Source: a virus. Taken from it: 64,000 nucleotides of DNA. This document shows, piece by piece, positions 1 to 8,006 of this stretch. The translations under genes were made by a program, and so were the position numbers. Position 1 is the stretch's first letter. Every line of letters begins with the position of its first letter. The stretch lies in the IMG/VR virus record IMGVR_UViG_3300046542_000168, positions 1-64,000 of that record. One strand, written 5' to 3'. The notes beneath the pieces were generated by a model. It did no database searches. It was given only the letters and a program-made list of their open reading frames with translations, and was not told where the DNA came from.

Positions 1-747
1 GATAAAGACGGTTATTTTTATCGTGCTAAAGGGCTAAGCGGCGCGCACGACTGGCGGAAAGATAACGACCATCGCCCGACTATCGATGACGTTAAGCAGG
101 ACTTGCCCCCAGGCGGTACTATCCCCCAGGTTAAAGCCCCCCAGGAAAAGAAGGGGCAAGCGAGCAAGCCCGCTCCCCAGGGGCAAAAGCCGCAACCGAA
201 GGCAGAAGCCCCCCAGAAGGCCCCCCAGGCGAAAGAAACGCCCCAGGCTACCCAATCCCCCCAGGTTAAGCCCGACCATGCCCAGACTAAGCCCCAGGAA
301 GCGGCAAAGGCTGGCCAGGAAAGGCACAAGGGTAATAAGCCCGACCCTAGGTTGATCCACGCAACTGCAAGCGGGGTTAAACCCGTATCCCCTGGGGAGG
401 AAGTAAAAACCCTGGTACGTGAAAGCCTGGAAAGGATAGAGGAACAACGGAAAGCCCAGGGCCCTGGCCACGCCTCTAAAGTCCGTTATAAGTTGGTAGA
501 GGCCCAGGGCCGTTACGGCGTGCAATACTGGCTTTATCCTGGCTATAACCGCCCCCAGGGCTTTAAATGGGAAAGCTTGAGCGGGTTTATGTTTCTCAGT
601 CTGGCAGACGTGGAAACTTTCCTTGCTCTTAATGGAATCGCCATAACCGAGGAAGTAGAAAAAGCCGACGTAAGCCAGGGGAGCTATAACCCGAATAAGG
701 GCGTAATACCTAACGACGACCCTAACGGTCAGCGGAATCTATTGTAA
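1..747 (+). CDS. Hypothetical protein, 5'-partial, with Pro/Gln/Lys/Ala-rich linker
   Basis: Frame is open from base 1 (DKDGYFYRAKG...) into the listed 103..747 ORF; the PQ repeats are encoded by CCCCAGG. Confidence 0.75.
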   Translation, partial: DKDGYFYRAKGLSGAHDWRKDNDHRPTIDDVKQDLPPGGTIPQVKAPQEKKGQASKPAPQGQKPQPKAEAPQKAPQAKETPQATQSPQVKPDHAQTKPQEAAKAGQERHKGNKPDPRLIHATASGVKPVSPGEEVKTLVRESLERIEEQRKAQGPGHASKVRYKLVEAQGRYGVQYWLYPGYNRPQGFKWESLSGFMFLSLADVETFLALNGIAITEEVEKADVSQGSYNPNKGVIPNDDPNGQRNLL

Positions 748-795
748 TACTACGTTAGCCCCTGGGAGCATTCCCAGGGGCCAGGGGATAAAGTA

Positions 796-996
796 ATGTC
801 ATTAAAAACGATTATTCCACTACTTGAGCCTAAAACCTGGATAACTGTATATACATTATTCGGCCAGTTTTATGGAAGTGTCCGCACTTCGGAACATCCA
901 GAAACTACACTAACCCTACAGGCAAGTAAGGGCATGCTTTATATAGAACTTGATGAAATCAAGGCCCTACAGATAGAGCCCGACCGGGAATTCTAG
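796..996 (+). CDS. Hypothetical protein
   Basis: 66-aa ORF, purine-rich upstream sequence (GGGGATAAAG), terminator downstream. Confidence 0.65.
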   Translation: MSLKTIIPLLEPKTWITVYTLFGQFYGSVRTSEHPETTLTLQASKGMLYIELDEIKALQIEPDREF

Positions 997-1033
997 CCCG
1001 CCCTGGGCCCACCCCATGCTAAACCCTACCTGT

Positions 1034-1065
1034 AAGCCCCTGGGAAGCGATTCCAGGGGCTTTTT
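1034..1065 (+). terminator. Rho-independent terminator
   Basis: AGCCCCTGG/CCAGGGGCT stem followed by a T-run. Confidence 0.75.
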
Positions 1066-1579
1066 CATGCCTACCTATCCAACCCCCCAGGATAGGCGCC
1101 CCAGGTAGCTAGGCCCTCTATTAGAATGCCCCAGGTATGCGCCTGTTAGTTATCTAATAAATAACTATTAATATAGTGTCGTTAACGACACGGGTTATTC
1201 TATCCCTAGGCTATCGCCTAGCCCTATATAGTGGGGGCAGGGGCAGAAAAGCCCCCCTATTAAAAAGCTATCAATCCCACGTATTACGTGGGCTCTAGCC
1301 ATATCGTGTGGCGTTATACGCCACGTATATACATACCGCATTGCGTAGCAATGAGTTACTTAATATCCCCCTTGCATATCCCCCAGGTACTGCCCCAGGT
1401 TAGCCCCCTGGTCGGCTTACCTCTAGCCCTGGGCTAGTGTTATACCTCTATGCATAATCCCCGTATCGCAAGCGATACAGTCTATTAACTCTCTGATATA
1501 GCTATTCTCTAATGTCTGTTATTCGTGATGATGGGGTTAAGCCAACTTCCCTTGATAACAATTTAATTGTTAACTCTAG

Positions 1580-1595
1580 TGTTTCACGTGGAACA
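1580..1595. other. parS: Chromosomal-type parS site (ParB-binding palindrome)
   Basis: TGTTTCACGTGGAACA: 15/16 match to consensus TGTTTCACGTGAAACA, in AT-rich intergenic DNA. Confidence 0.8.
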
Positions 1596-1738
1596 TTAAA
1601 TTAAATAACGAATAATCGTTATTCCTGGGCCAGCCCAGGGCGATAGCCTGGGATAACCTACGGTTATAGTAGTATGGACAATGCATGCATAATGGTTATA
1701 GATTGGCTGAAAGGCCCGTATTACCTGGGCTCTAGCCC

Positions 1739-1766
1739 AGTTCGTATAATGCCCATTATGCGAACT
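1739..1766. other. dif-like tyrosine recombinase site, 11-6-11, with two XerC-type arms
   Basis: AGTTCGTATAA-TGCCCA-TTATGCGAACT; the arms are a 10/11 inverted repeat; about 430 bp upstream of the xerC-like gene. Confidence 0.75.
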
Positions 1767-1922
1767 CTGATATGTATAGCCGACCAATGGTAGCAATACA
1801 GGGGTTGACAATATTTTAAAATCATGATCCTGGGCCGGTAGAGCCAGGAGCAAGGGCGTTAAGCACCGAGCCACATATTGTTGAAAATTCAGAATTAGCC
1901 AGACCCACATATTTGCTAATTC

Positions 1923-2035
1923 CCCAGGTTCACTAGTTCTCCCAGGTAGGCTTCCCAGGTTTATAAAATTCCCAGGTAGCAGCCCCCAGGATCACGCCTG
2001 CCAGGTTTAATGGTTGCAGGTGGATATTTCCCAGG
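1923..2035 (+). repeat. Phased CCCAGG direct-repeat array
   Basis: CCCAGG at 1923, 1941, 1954, 1971, 1985 and 2030, with variants GCCAGG at 2000 and TGCAGG at 2015; spacing 13-18 bp. Confidence 0.7.
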
Positions 2036-2127
2036 CGCTACTGGTAGGGCCTCCCTGGTAGAGGCATATTTGATGTAGAAAAATGCCTATATATTTCAGC
2101 CTTAGTTGTTGGATATTCTGTTGGGGG

Positions 2128-2136
2128 TGCTATAAT
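2128..2136 (+). promoter_or_regulatory. Extended -10 promoter of the recombinase
   Basis: TGcTATAAT about 60 bp upstream of the ATG at 2198. Confidence 0.6.
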
Positions 2137-2197
2137 TACCCGTATGGAAAGAGGCACTCTGCCTCTCCCGCTTCGAAGTTCTCTGGGGAGATTTGAA

Positions 2198-3076
2198 ATG
2201 GAACTGATGAAATCGCAGGCTGAGACTTACATTGATTTTCTTCGCTTTCAGCGTTATTCCCCTGAGAATACTGTTGTTGCTAAGCAGCAGGACTTGAAGA
2301 AGGTCTATGCCCTCTGCCTGAAGAAGAAGGTGAGTTCCTGGGTAGACTTCACCCCTACCCATCTGCGTGAGTTGGTAGCAAGTGAACTTAAGGCAGGCCG
2401 TAACCCTAAGTCTGTTAACCGTCTCCTAACTACTGTGCGTACTCTGTTCAAGCATTTAAAGCGTGAGGGTTATGTGCAAGTTAACCCTGCTGATGACTTC
2501 CAGGGTCCGAAGGAAGCACAGAATATTCCAACGATCCTGGCTGTAGAAGAGTGCAGCCAGATGCTCGATGCTGAAGTGGACGGCTTCCTGGGCTACCGCG
2601 ACCAAGCGATTCTTGAGCTGTTCTACTCTGCTGCTCTGCGTCTGTCCGAGCTGGTGGGCCTGACCATGGACAAGCTCAACCTGAAGGAAGGCTATGTGCG
2701 TGTTGTGGGCAAGGGTAACAAGGAGCGCTTGGTGCCTGTTGGTGGTAAGGCTAGCGAGGCCCTGGTGCTCTGGCTGCAACACCGTAGCGGGATCAAGGCC
2801 CAGGACAACAACGTGTTCCTCTCTCACCACGGTAAGGCCCTCACTCAGCGGGCTGTACAGAAGCGTGTGAAAGCCTTCGGTCAGCAGACCCTGGGCAAGG
2901 ATCTACACCCGCATATTCTGCGACACTCTTGTGCCACACATCTGTTACAATCCACTCAGAATTTGCGGGCAGTGCAAGAGATTCTGGGTCACAAGAATAT
3001 TGCTACAACTCAGATTTATACCCACCTTGACTTGCCGTATATGCAGGGTGTTCACAAGTCTCACCCGCGTGGTTAA
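2198..3076 (+). CDS. xerC: XerC-like tyrosine recombinase
   Basis: RDQAILELFYSAALRLSEL, GKGNKERLVP, HPHILRHSCATHLL, LGHKNIATTQIYTHLD...HPR; full R-K-H-R-H-Y catalytic set; GGGGAG RBS before 2198. Confidence 0.9.
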   Translation: MELMKSQAETYIDFLRFQRYSPENTVVAKQQDLKKVYALCLKKKVSSWVDFTPTHLRELVASELKAGRNPKSVNRLLTTVRTLFKHLKREGYVQVNPADDFQGPKEAQNIPTILAVEECSQMLDAEVDGFLGYRDQAILELFYSAALRLSELVGLTMDKLNLKEGYVRVVGKGNKERLVPVGGKASEALVLWLQHRSGIKAQDNNVFLSHHGKALTQRAVQKRVKAFGQQTLGKDLHPHILRHSCATHLLQSTQNLRAVQEILGHKNIATTQIYTHLDLPYMQGVHKSHPRG

Positions 3077-3089
3077 GGGGTAAGTAATC

Positions 3090-3572
3090 ATGACTGACAC
3101 TCAGCCATCCGACTTCCTGCCATTTGATTTTGTTTATGCGGGCCAGCGTGCTTTAGAAGGTAATAAACCTGGGGCAGAGATATACAAGCTTGTTGATGGG
3201 CGGCTTGGTGATAGTTACGTCTTCGCTGCTAAGTCCCTGAAGGGTAAAGTCCTGGGTGGAATGTATCGCGGTGCGGAGTTTAGTCCCGACAAGGCTCGTG
3301 GGATTGGCTCAGCAGCTTATATTGGTCGCTGGAAAGAGATGACTGACTGTGTAATCTGGAGGGCTCGTGAAGAGGCTTTCGAGACTGCTCAGCGACTCAT
3401 TAAGTTGGAATCAGACGCTAAGAAGGTCAATGAGATTGAGGCAATCATGTTGCCCCTTAGAAAGTTGTACGCGACCTACGCACGGCAGTACGATCATGCC
3501 GGGAAAGAAGCCCTGGAGCAGGCAGTAATGCGGGCTCTACGCTCACCACCTCGTAAGAGTGAAACTGCCTAG
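3090..3572 (+). CDS. Hypothetical protein
   Basis: 160-aa ORF immediately downstream of the recombinase. Confidence 0.75.
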   Translation: MTDTQPSDFLPFDFVYAGQRALEGNKPGAEIYKLVDGRLGDSYVFAAKSLKGKVLGGMYRGAEFSPDKARGIGSAAYIGRWKEMTDCVIWRAREEAFETAQRLIKLESDAKKVNEIEAIMLPLRKLYATYARQYDHAGKEALEQAVMRALRSPPRKSETA

Positions 3573-3701
3573 GCGCCGCTCTAGTGGTATACTGTACATC
3601 AACGGGGCGTGACTGCCACATATGGGAGGCAGGGGCCAGTAACTCTGGTTTGACGCGGGTTAGACTCCCGCACGCTCCACCATATTGAAAGGGGTAAGCA
3701 G

Positions 3702-3932
3702 ATGGCGACGGGAACAGCTCAGACTGCTGTGATCGGTAAGACCTACCACGTCGGCGGTGAAGGCTGGTGGGGTGTGTCAGATACGGTGTTGATCCTTCCG
3801 ACTGACAGGGTTGTAGTGCTGGACAAAGATGAAGTGTATGTCTACGTCGATGTATTCCGTGAAGATGCACTAATTGGTTCGAAGCAGATCAACCTCTGCT
3901 TCTTCGATGAAGACTTTGAGCTAGCAGAGTAA
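3702..3932 (+). CDS. Hypothetical protein
   Basis: ORF with AAGGGG RBS. Confidence 0.65.
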   Translation: MATGTAQTAVIGKTYHVGGEGWWGVSDTVLILPTDRVVVLDKDEVYVYVDVFREDALIGSKQINLCFFDEDFELAE

Positions 3933-3993
3933 TGCTCACCCACGGGCCAAACGCAGCACTACATCTCCAGATGCGTGATATCGGAAAAGCGCC

Positions 3994-4395
3994 ATGAACT
4001 ATAAAGGGTTTCGCATTGAGAATGATCCAGCTTACATCTGGCGTACCTACTGCTGGGGTTCGCATGCTGGGCATAACCATGTAGCTTGTTGGTACGTGTT
4101 CAATGCGGAAGGTAAGCGTGTTACAGGGGGTTATACTTCGGGAAACAATACCCGTAGTGGTTCGGTTGATCTGGCACGTCGCAAAGATGCCAAGGCCTGG
4201 GTAGATGGTTATTGTGCCTACCGCGATGAGCCAGAACATCGGGAGATTTGTGCTAATGGTACTGCCGTGTATGCACCAACTTATGCCCTACACGCTCTTG
4301 ACACGGAACAACAGGCGTCTTTTGATGCTGGCTACTGGGACGCGCAAAGGCAAATCCAGCGAGCTGCTAAACGCACTGCTCAAGAGGGGCAATGA
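3994..4395 (+). CDS. Hypothetical protein
   Basis: 133-aa ORF in a co-oriented run. Confidence 0.7.
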   Translation: MNYKGFRIENDPAYIWRTYCWGSHAGHNHVACWYVFNAEGKRVTGGYTSGNNTRSGSVDLARRKDAKAWVDGYCAYRDEPEHREICANGTAVYAPTYALHALDTEQQASFDAGYWDAQRQIQRAAKRTAQEGQ

Positions 4396-4396
4396 T

Positions 4397-4621
4397 ATGA
4401 GTTATAAGTTCAAACTGGTCTACACCATCCCTGCGGATCTGGTTAACATTGAACCAGCTATGCAGGAGTTGGGGAAGTACGGCCTTCAGGGTGGTGCCCT
4501 TGTGGACTACACTCTCACTCTCTGGTTCGAACGCGAAGATGTAGGTGATGCCGTAGCTGGTGCAATGGCTAATGTATTAAAGGTTCTTCCAGAAGTAAAG
4601 TTTGTTGAGGCTCAGGGGTAG
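4397..4621 (+). CDS. Hypothetical protein
   Basis: Start reassigned to MSYKFK (after GAGGGG RBS) within the 4205..4621 ORF. Confidence 0.6.
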   Translation: MSYKFKLVYTIPADLVNIEPAMQELGKYGLQGGALVDYTLTLWFEREDVGDAVAGAMANVLKVLPEVKFVEAQG

Positions 4622-4624
4622 TGA

Positions 4625-4843
4625 ATGCGAACGTACCGAGTCACCCTGTTCCGAGCAGGAGAAGAACGTACCGGCCAGCCCCTACACTACCTGGGCGAAG
4701 TAGAGAGCCACCAACGGGGCGACGACGTGATTCATCAAGCCATGATGGCTCACCCGGATCTGGTGCCCCTCACCTGCACCCTGGTGGTTCGTGGTAAGCT
4801 CTGTGCTAGATGGCCAACCCTGGCTCAAGGCACGTTGCACTAA
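4625..4843 (+). CDS. Hypothetical protein
   Basis: Tightly packed co-oriented ORF. Confidence 0.6.
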   Translation: MRTYRVTLFRAGEERTGQPLHYLGEVESHQRGDDVIHQAMMAHPDLVPLTCTLVVRGKLCARWPTLAQGTLH

Positions 4844-4867
4844 GTAAGGCAGAGAGAGGTAATTGCA

Positions 4868-5224
4868 ATGATCGGTGGACGTGGAATGTACCTCTACATC
4901 CTCGCTGAAGATGGTAAGACCCCTGTTGCCACGGACAGCATGATCCTCTGGGGCCGCACACAGGCAGACATCGAGCGCCGTACAGTCGCCAAGAGCCGTG
5001 ATGAGGAACGGGGGATAGCTGTATCTACTGTGTTCCTGGGCATCAATCACAACTTCGGTGACGGCCCCCCTATCTTGTTTGAGACGATGATATTCGACGG
5101 TAAGAGTAGTGATCGGCAATGGCGTTACGCTACCTGGGAAGAGGCCGAGCGAGGGCACAAAGTTGCTTGCGGTATTGCTGGTATTGCCTGGAGCAACTTC
5201 GATAAGGGGAGCATGTCTGCATGA
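4868..5224 (+). CDS. Phage hypothetical protein
   Basis: VSTVFLGINHNFGDGPPILFETMIF motif recalled from small phage proteins; GAGG RBS. Confidence 0.7.
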   Translation: MIGGRGMYLYILAEDGKTPVATDSMILWGRTQADIERRTVAKSRDEERGIAVSTVFLGINHNFGDGPPILFETMIFDGKSSDRQWRYATWEEAERGHKVACGIAGIAWSNFDKGSMSA

Positions 5225-5406
5225 TCCAGAGTGACCGGGAGTACGCCATTGCCAGTACTAAGCTAGATACACTTAAAGAGGCATATGCCTTCTTCATGCC
5301 ACCAGAGAAAGATTGGCTAAGTGAGGCCCAGAAGCGAGCGATGGAGTCGATCATTACGGACCTTGAGGGAGAACTAGCAGAGTATCGGAACCGTAGTCAT
5401 GAATGA
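5221..5406 (+). CDS. Hypothetical protein
   Basis: ATGA overlap with the upstream gene. Confidence 0.6.
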   Translation: MIQSDREYAIASTKLDTLKEAYAFFMPPEKDWLSEAQKRAMESIITDLEGELAEYRNRSHE

Positions 5407-5899
5407 TAGGTGGTCTAAGTCCATAGCAGAAGTACTTCGTCCTGCCGATCTGCAAGATGACTTTACAGCCTGGATGTTGAAAGAGAACGAAGGTATTTAC
5501 ATCGGAGCTAAGAGGCTCCCCGATGGTACTTATGCTGGGGTAATGCGGCTAGCTTTCACTGAGGCTATCGCCCTGGGAGTTACGCACGAGTGCCCCGCTG
5601 AGAAGCGCTATTGCTATGATCGCGGATCGTTAGCAGATATCCTGATAGCCTTCGACAAACTTACCTCGTTCGATGACGAACCTACGGGCTGGATTGCAAG
5701 TAGACCGAAGGCCCAGGAAGAGGACTTCCAGCCCATGGAGACTGCTCCAATGGATGGCTCCACTATTAGGCTGGCCAACTTCTGGTTCGGGCACTGCCAC
5801 TGGTGCCGCTCTGCTGTATATGAGAATGGCGAGTGGATAGAAGTTGATAGCTCCAGGGAAGGCCAGCCCCTGGTAGATGCTACACACTGGAGACCATAA
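5399..5899 (+). CDS. Hypothetical protein with DUF551-like C-terminus
   Basis: QPMETAPMDGS...ATHWRP. Confidence 0.65.
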   Translation: MNDRWSKSIAEVLRPADLQDDFTAWMLKENEGIYIGAKRLPDGTYAGVMRLAFTEAIALGVTHECPAEKRYCYDRGSLADILIAFDKLTSFDDEPTGWIASRPKAQEEDFQPMETAPMDGSTIRLANFWFGHCHWCRSAVYENGEWIEVDSSREGQPLVDATHWRP

Positions 5900-5915
5900 A
5901 TTGGGAGTAAATTTC

Positions 5916-6206
5916 ATGCAAGGGATGTCACGGATTTTACTGCTCGCCAGTGCTCTTCTGCTCACTGCAAGTTGTGCCCATAAGCAGCAGTATGCGGTGA
6001 AGGCCGGGACTACTGCTGAGGATCGTGCCCAGGATGATGCCTACTGTCAGTCACAGTTAGTACAACCTGCCCCCCTACCTCGACGGGATGGCAACTGGAC
6101 TAAGCGGTCTTTTAGTGAGACTAGGGAGATTGAGATGCGGTTGCGGATAGACTACATCGCATGCCTAACTAGCATGGGTTACACGATCCACGCTGTAACT
6201 GAGTAA
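5916..6206 (+). CDS. Putative lipoprotein
   Basis: Signal peptide with lipobox LTASC; DDAYC...CLTSMGY; GGGAG RBS. Confidence 0.7.
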   Translation: MQGMSRILLLASALLLTASCAHKQQYAVKAGTTAEDRAQDDAYCQSQLVQPAPLPRRDGNWTKRSFSETREIEMRLRIDYIACLTSMGYTIHAVTE

Positions 6207-6272
6207 TGTGCTTGCATTAAGCCACTATTGTGGCACTATGCTCCTACAAGATCAGTCTTTGGAGTGTAGTGT

Positions 6273-6542
6273 ATGAAAGGACGTATTCTAGTTGCCGGTA
6301 TGATGATCGCCCTGTTGGCTGGCTGTGCAGGTCAACCTCAATATCGAGCCGATAGGCCAGGGACCACTCGTGAACAGTTCACGAGAGACGATGCAAAGTG
6401 CCAAGTGCAGTCGAGCAATATTCAGACTGCTGACTGGGAGTATCAAGGCAGTTTTATGGAAGGAGCAAACATTCAAATTAAGCGGCAGAATGTTTACAAT
6501 CTCTGTATGACTGGCGAAGGTTATACGATGTCACGGATGTAA
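6273..6542 (+). CDS. Putative lipoprotein, paralog of the upstream gene
   Basis: Lipobox LLAGC; DDAKC...CMTGEGY. Confidence 0.75.
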   Translation: MKGRILVAGMMIALLAGCAGQPQYRADRPGTTREQFTRDDAKCQVQSSNIQTADWEYQGSFMEGANIQIKRQNVYNLCMTGEGYTMSRM

Positions 6543-6552
6543 TATTGCAGGC

Positions 6553-6583
6553 AAAGAAAAGCCCCGCATTAGCGGGGCTTCTT
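6553..6583. terminator. Bidirectional terminator at convergent genes
   Basis: AAAGAAAA-GCCCCGC-loop-GCGGGGC-TTCTT. Confidence 0.8.
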
Positions 6584-6584
6584 G

Positions 6585-7289
6585 TTATGCGGATTGTACT
6601 GGTTTCTCTCTAATCCTAAAGCCTTTCTCAAGCCAGAACTTATGGCCGGCCAGCAGGTCATTAATGATGTTCTTCTTCGACTGCGTAGGGACAGTCTCCC
6701 CCTTAATATTCACGAAGCTTGCCGGGGAAACTTGCTTACCGTCTGCGGATACATCCAGGCCCATGAAGTCATAGAATTCTTTCTCTGCACCTGGGCTCTT
6801 CGCTGCACCAACGTTCTTCCTGACCTCGATGTGCTTACCGTCGTGACTGATGACGTAGAGGGGGCCAGTATCGCGGAATGGGCGCTCTCCTGCTGGACGT
6901 GGGGTCTTCTTCTGCTTCAACCCTTTCTCAGATGCCTCCAGCACGAGCAAACCCAACTCGTACACCAAGTCCTTGAACGCCGGGAAGGCCCTCAGCACGT
7001 CCTTCAGCGAGTATTCGCGGGCCATCTCGACCAGTCGGCCGTTTCGCTGGGCCTCGGCTGTCTTAACGGTCTTCAGTTGGTCTGCAAGCTGCTCGATCTG
7101 GTCAGTATCACCGGCAGCCGCTGCCGCCTGGATCTGCTTTAGAAGCTCTGCCGACTGTGGATCGTTGCGGGTGGCCAGCAGGGTTTCAACTACAGCGTTA
7201 GCGGCGCCACGGGAGACAACACTTAGGTCAGACCTCAGCACCTCTGCCTTATATTTTGCTTCGAAGCCGGTAGTGTTATCAGTGGTCAT
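6585..7289 (-). CDS. Hypothetical protein (helical N-terminus, basic linker)
   Basis: Start MTTDN at 7289 with AAGGAA RBS. Confidence 0.75.
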   Translation of the reverse strand: MTTDNTTGFEAKYKAEVLRSDLSVVSRGAANAVVETLLATRNDPQSAELLKQIQAAAAAGDTDQIEQLADQLKTVKTAEAQRNGRLVEMAREYSLKDVLRAFPAFKDLVYELGLLVLEASEKGLKQKKTPRPAGERPFRDTGPLYVISHDGKHIEVRKNVGAAKSPGAEKEFYDFMGLDVSADGKQVSPASFVNIKGETVPTQSKKNIINDLLAGHKFWLEKGFRIREKPVQSA

Positions 7290-7369
7290 GCGGGTGTTCC
7301 TTGCTCTTGGGGGAAGCGAACATACTACTGCAAACCTTGCGGGAGTGGAAGCCATATGCCACAAACAAT

Positions 7370-7395
7370 AAAGCCCCGGCATTTGCCGGGGCTCT
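7370..7395 (-). terminator. Rho-independent terminator
   Basis: AGCCCCGGCA/TGCCGGGGCT hairpin with T-rich tail on the minus strand. Confidence 0.7.
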
Positions 7396-7405
7396 AGTGT
7401 GAACA

Positions 7406-8002
7406 TTACTTAGTGGGAAAGAAGTCCCGTATATCTGCCCAGACTTCTTTACCGAAAGCCTGGAAATGTGCCCTATCAATCTCCGAATTATTGATCTGTG
7501 GAACAACGCTCTCCCCTGGTGGGATATCTGTATTGCAGAAGTGCGGTGTATCAGCGAGATTGAAGTGTATCCGGCATGCAAGTGGCCTAACTTCGTACAC
7601 ACTGCACTTGCCCTTCTTAAGAAATGGGCACGGCACACCAGAATACTTCGGGATATTCGCCAGGATATCCACTCGCTGAGTAATCTTCTTAGGCTTGCGG
7701 CCTACATACTTGCCCAGGATATCCGCTTCAGTCTCAGTCATGGTCGCTGCAATGTTGCAGCAGTAACTACACTTGTTCCTACAGGCTGTAAACGGGGTAA
7801 TAGCCTTGCAAAGCTTGTCAGCAGCCTCCCAGAACCGTTGCATCTTCGCCCGTGGGGGAATTTTCAGGCTTAGTGCGTGATTGAAGGCTGCTTCAATGCC
7901 TGGAAAGTCAAGGACCGCGTTGATCCGATCAGCATTGACCGTTGCTTGACGCATAGCCTCATCTTTCAGGGCCTCAATCTCAGCTACCGGGATCAGTTCC
8001 AC
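7406..8002 (-). CDS. YkgJ-family cysteine cluster (CxxxCxxCC) protein
   Basis: CRNKCSYCC and CPFLKKGKCSVYEVRPLACR. Confidence 0.85.
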   Translation of the reverse strand: MELIPVAEIEALKDEAMRQATVNADRINAVLDFPGIEAAFNHALSLKIPPRAKMQRFWEAADKLCKAITPFTACRNKCSYCCNIAATMTETEADILGKYVGRKPKKITQRVDILANIPKYSGVPCPFLKKGKCSVYEVRPLACRIHFNLADTPHFCNTDIPPGESVVPQINNSEIDRAHFQAFGKEVWADIRDFFPTK

Positions 8003-8006
8003 AGGA

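Noticed and set aside
100-320. CRISPR array or minisatellite
   Set aside because: The repeats are only 6-7 nt, irregularly spaced and inside an open frame; no repeat-spacer structure and no cas genes
1737-1768. loxP site
   Set aside because: It shares TTCGTATAATG with loxP, but the outer arms differ and the adjacent enzyme is XerC-like, not Cre; called dif-like instead
2198-3076. Classical lambda-type integrase at a prophage boundary
   Set aside because: No arm-binding N-terminal domain is apparent, the C-terminus is XerC-like, and no host genes or attL/attR junction are in the window; integration at dif is not excluded
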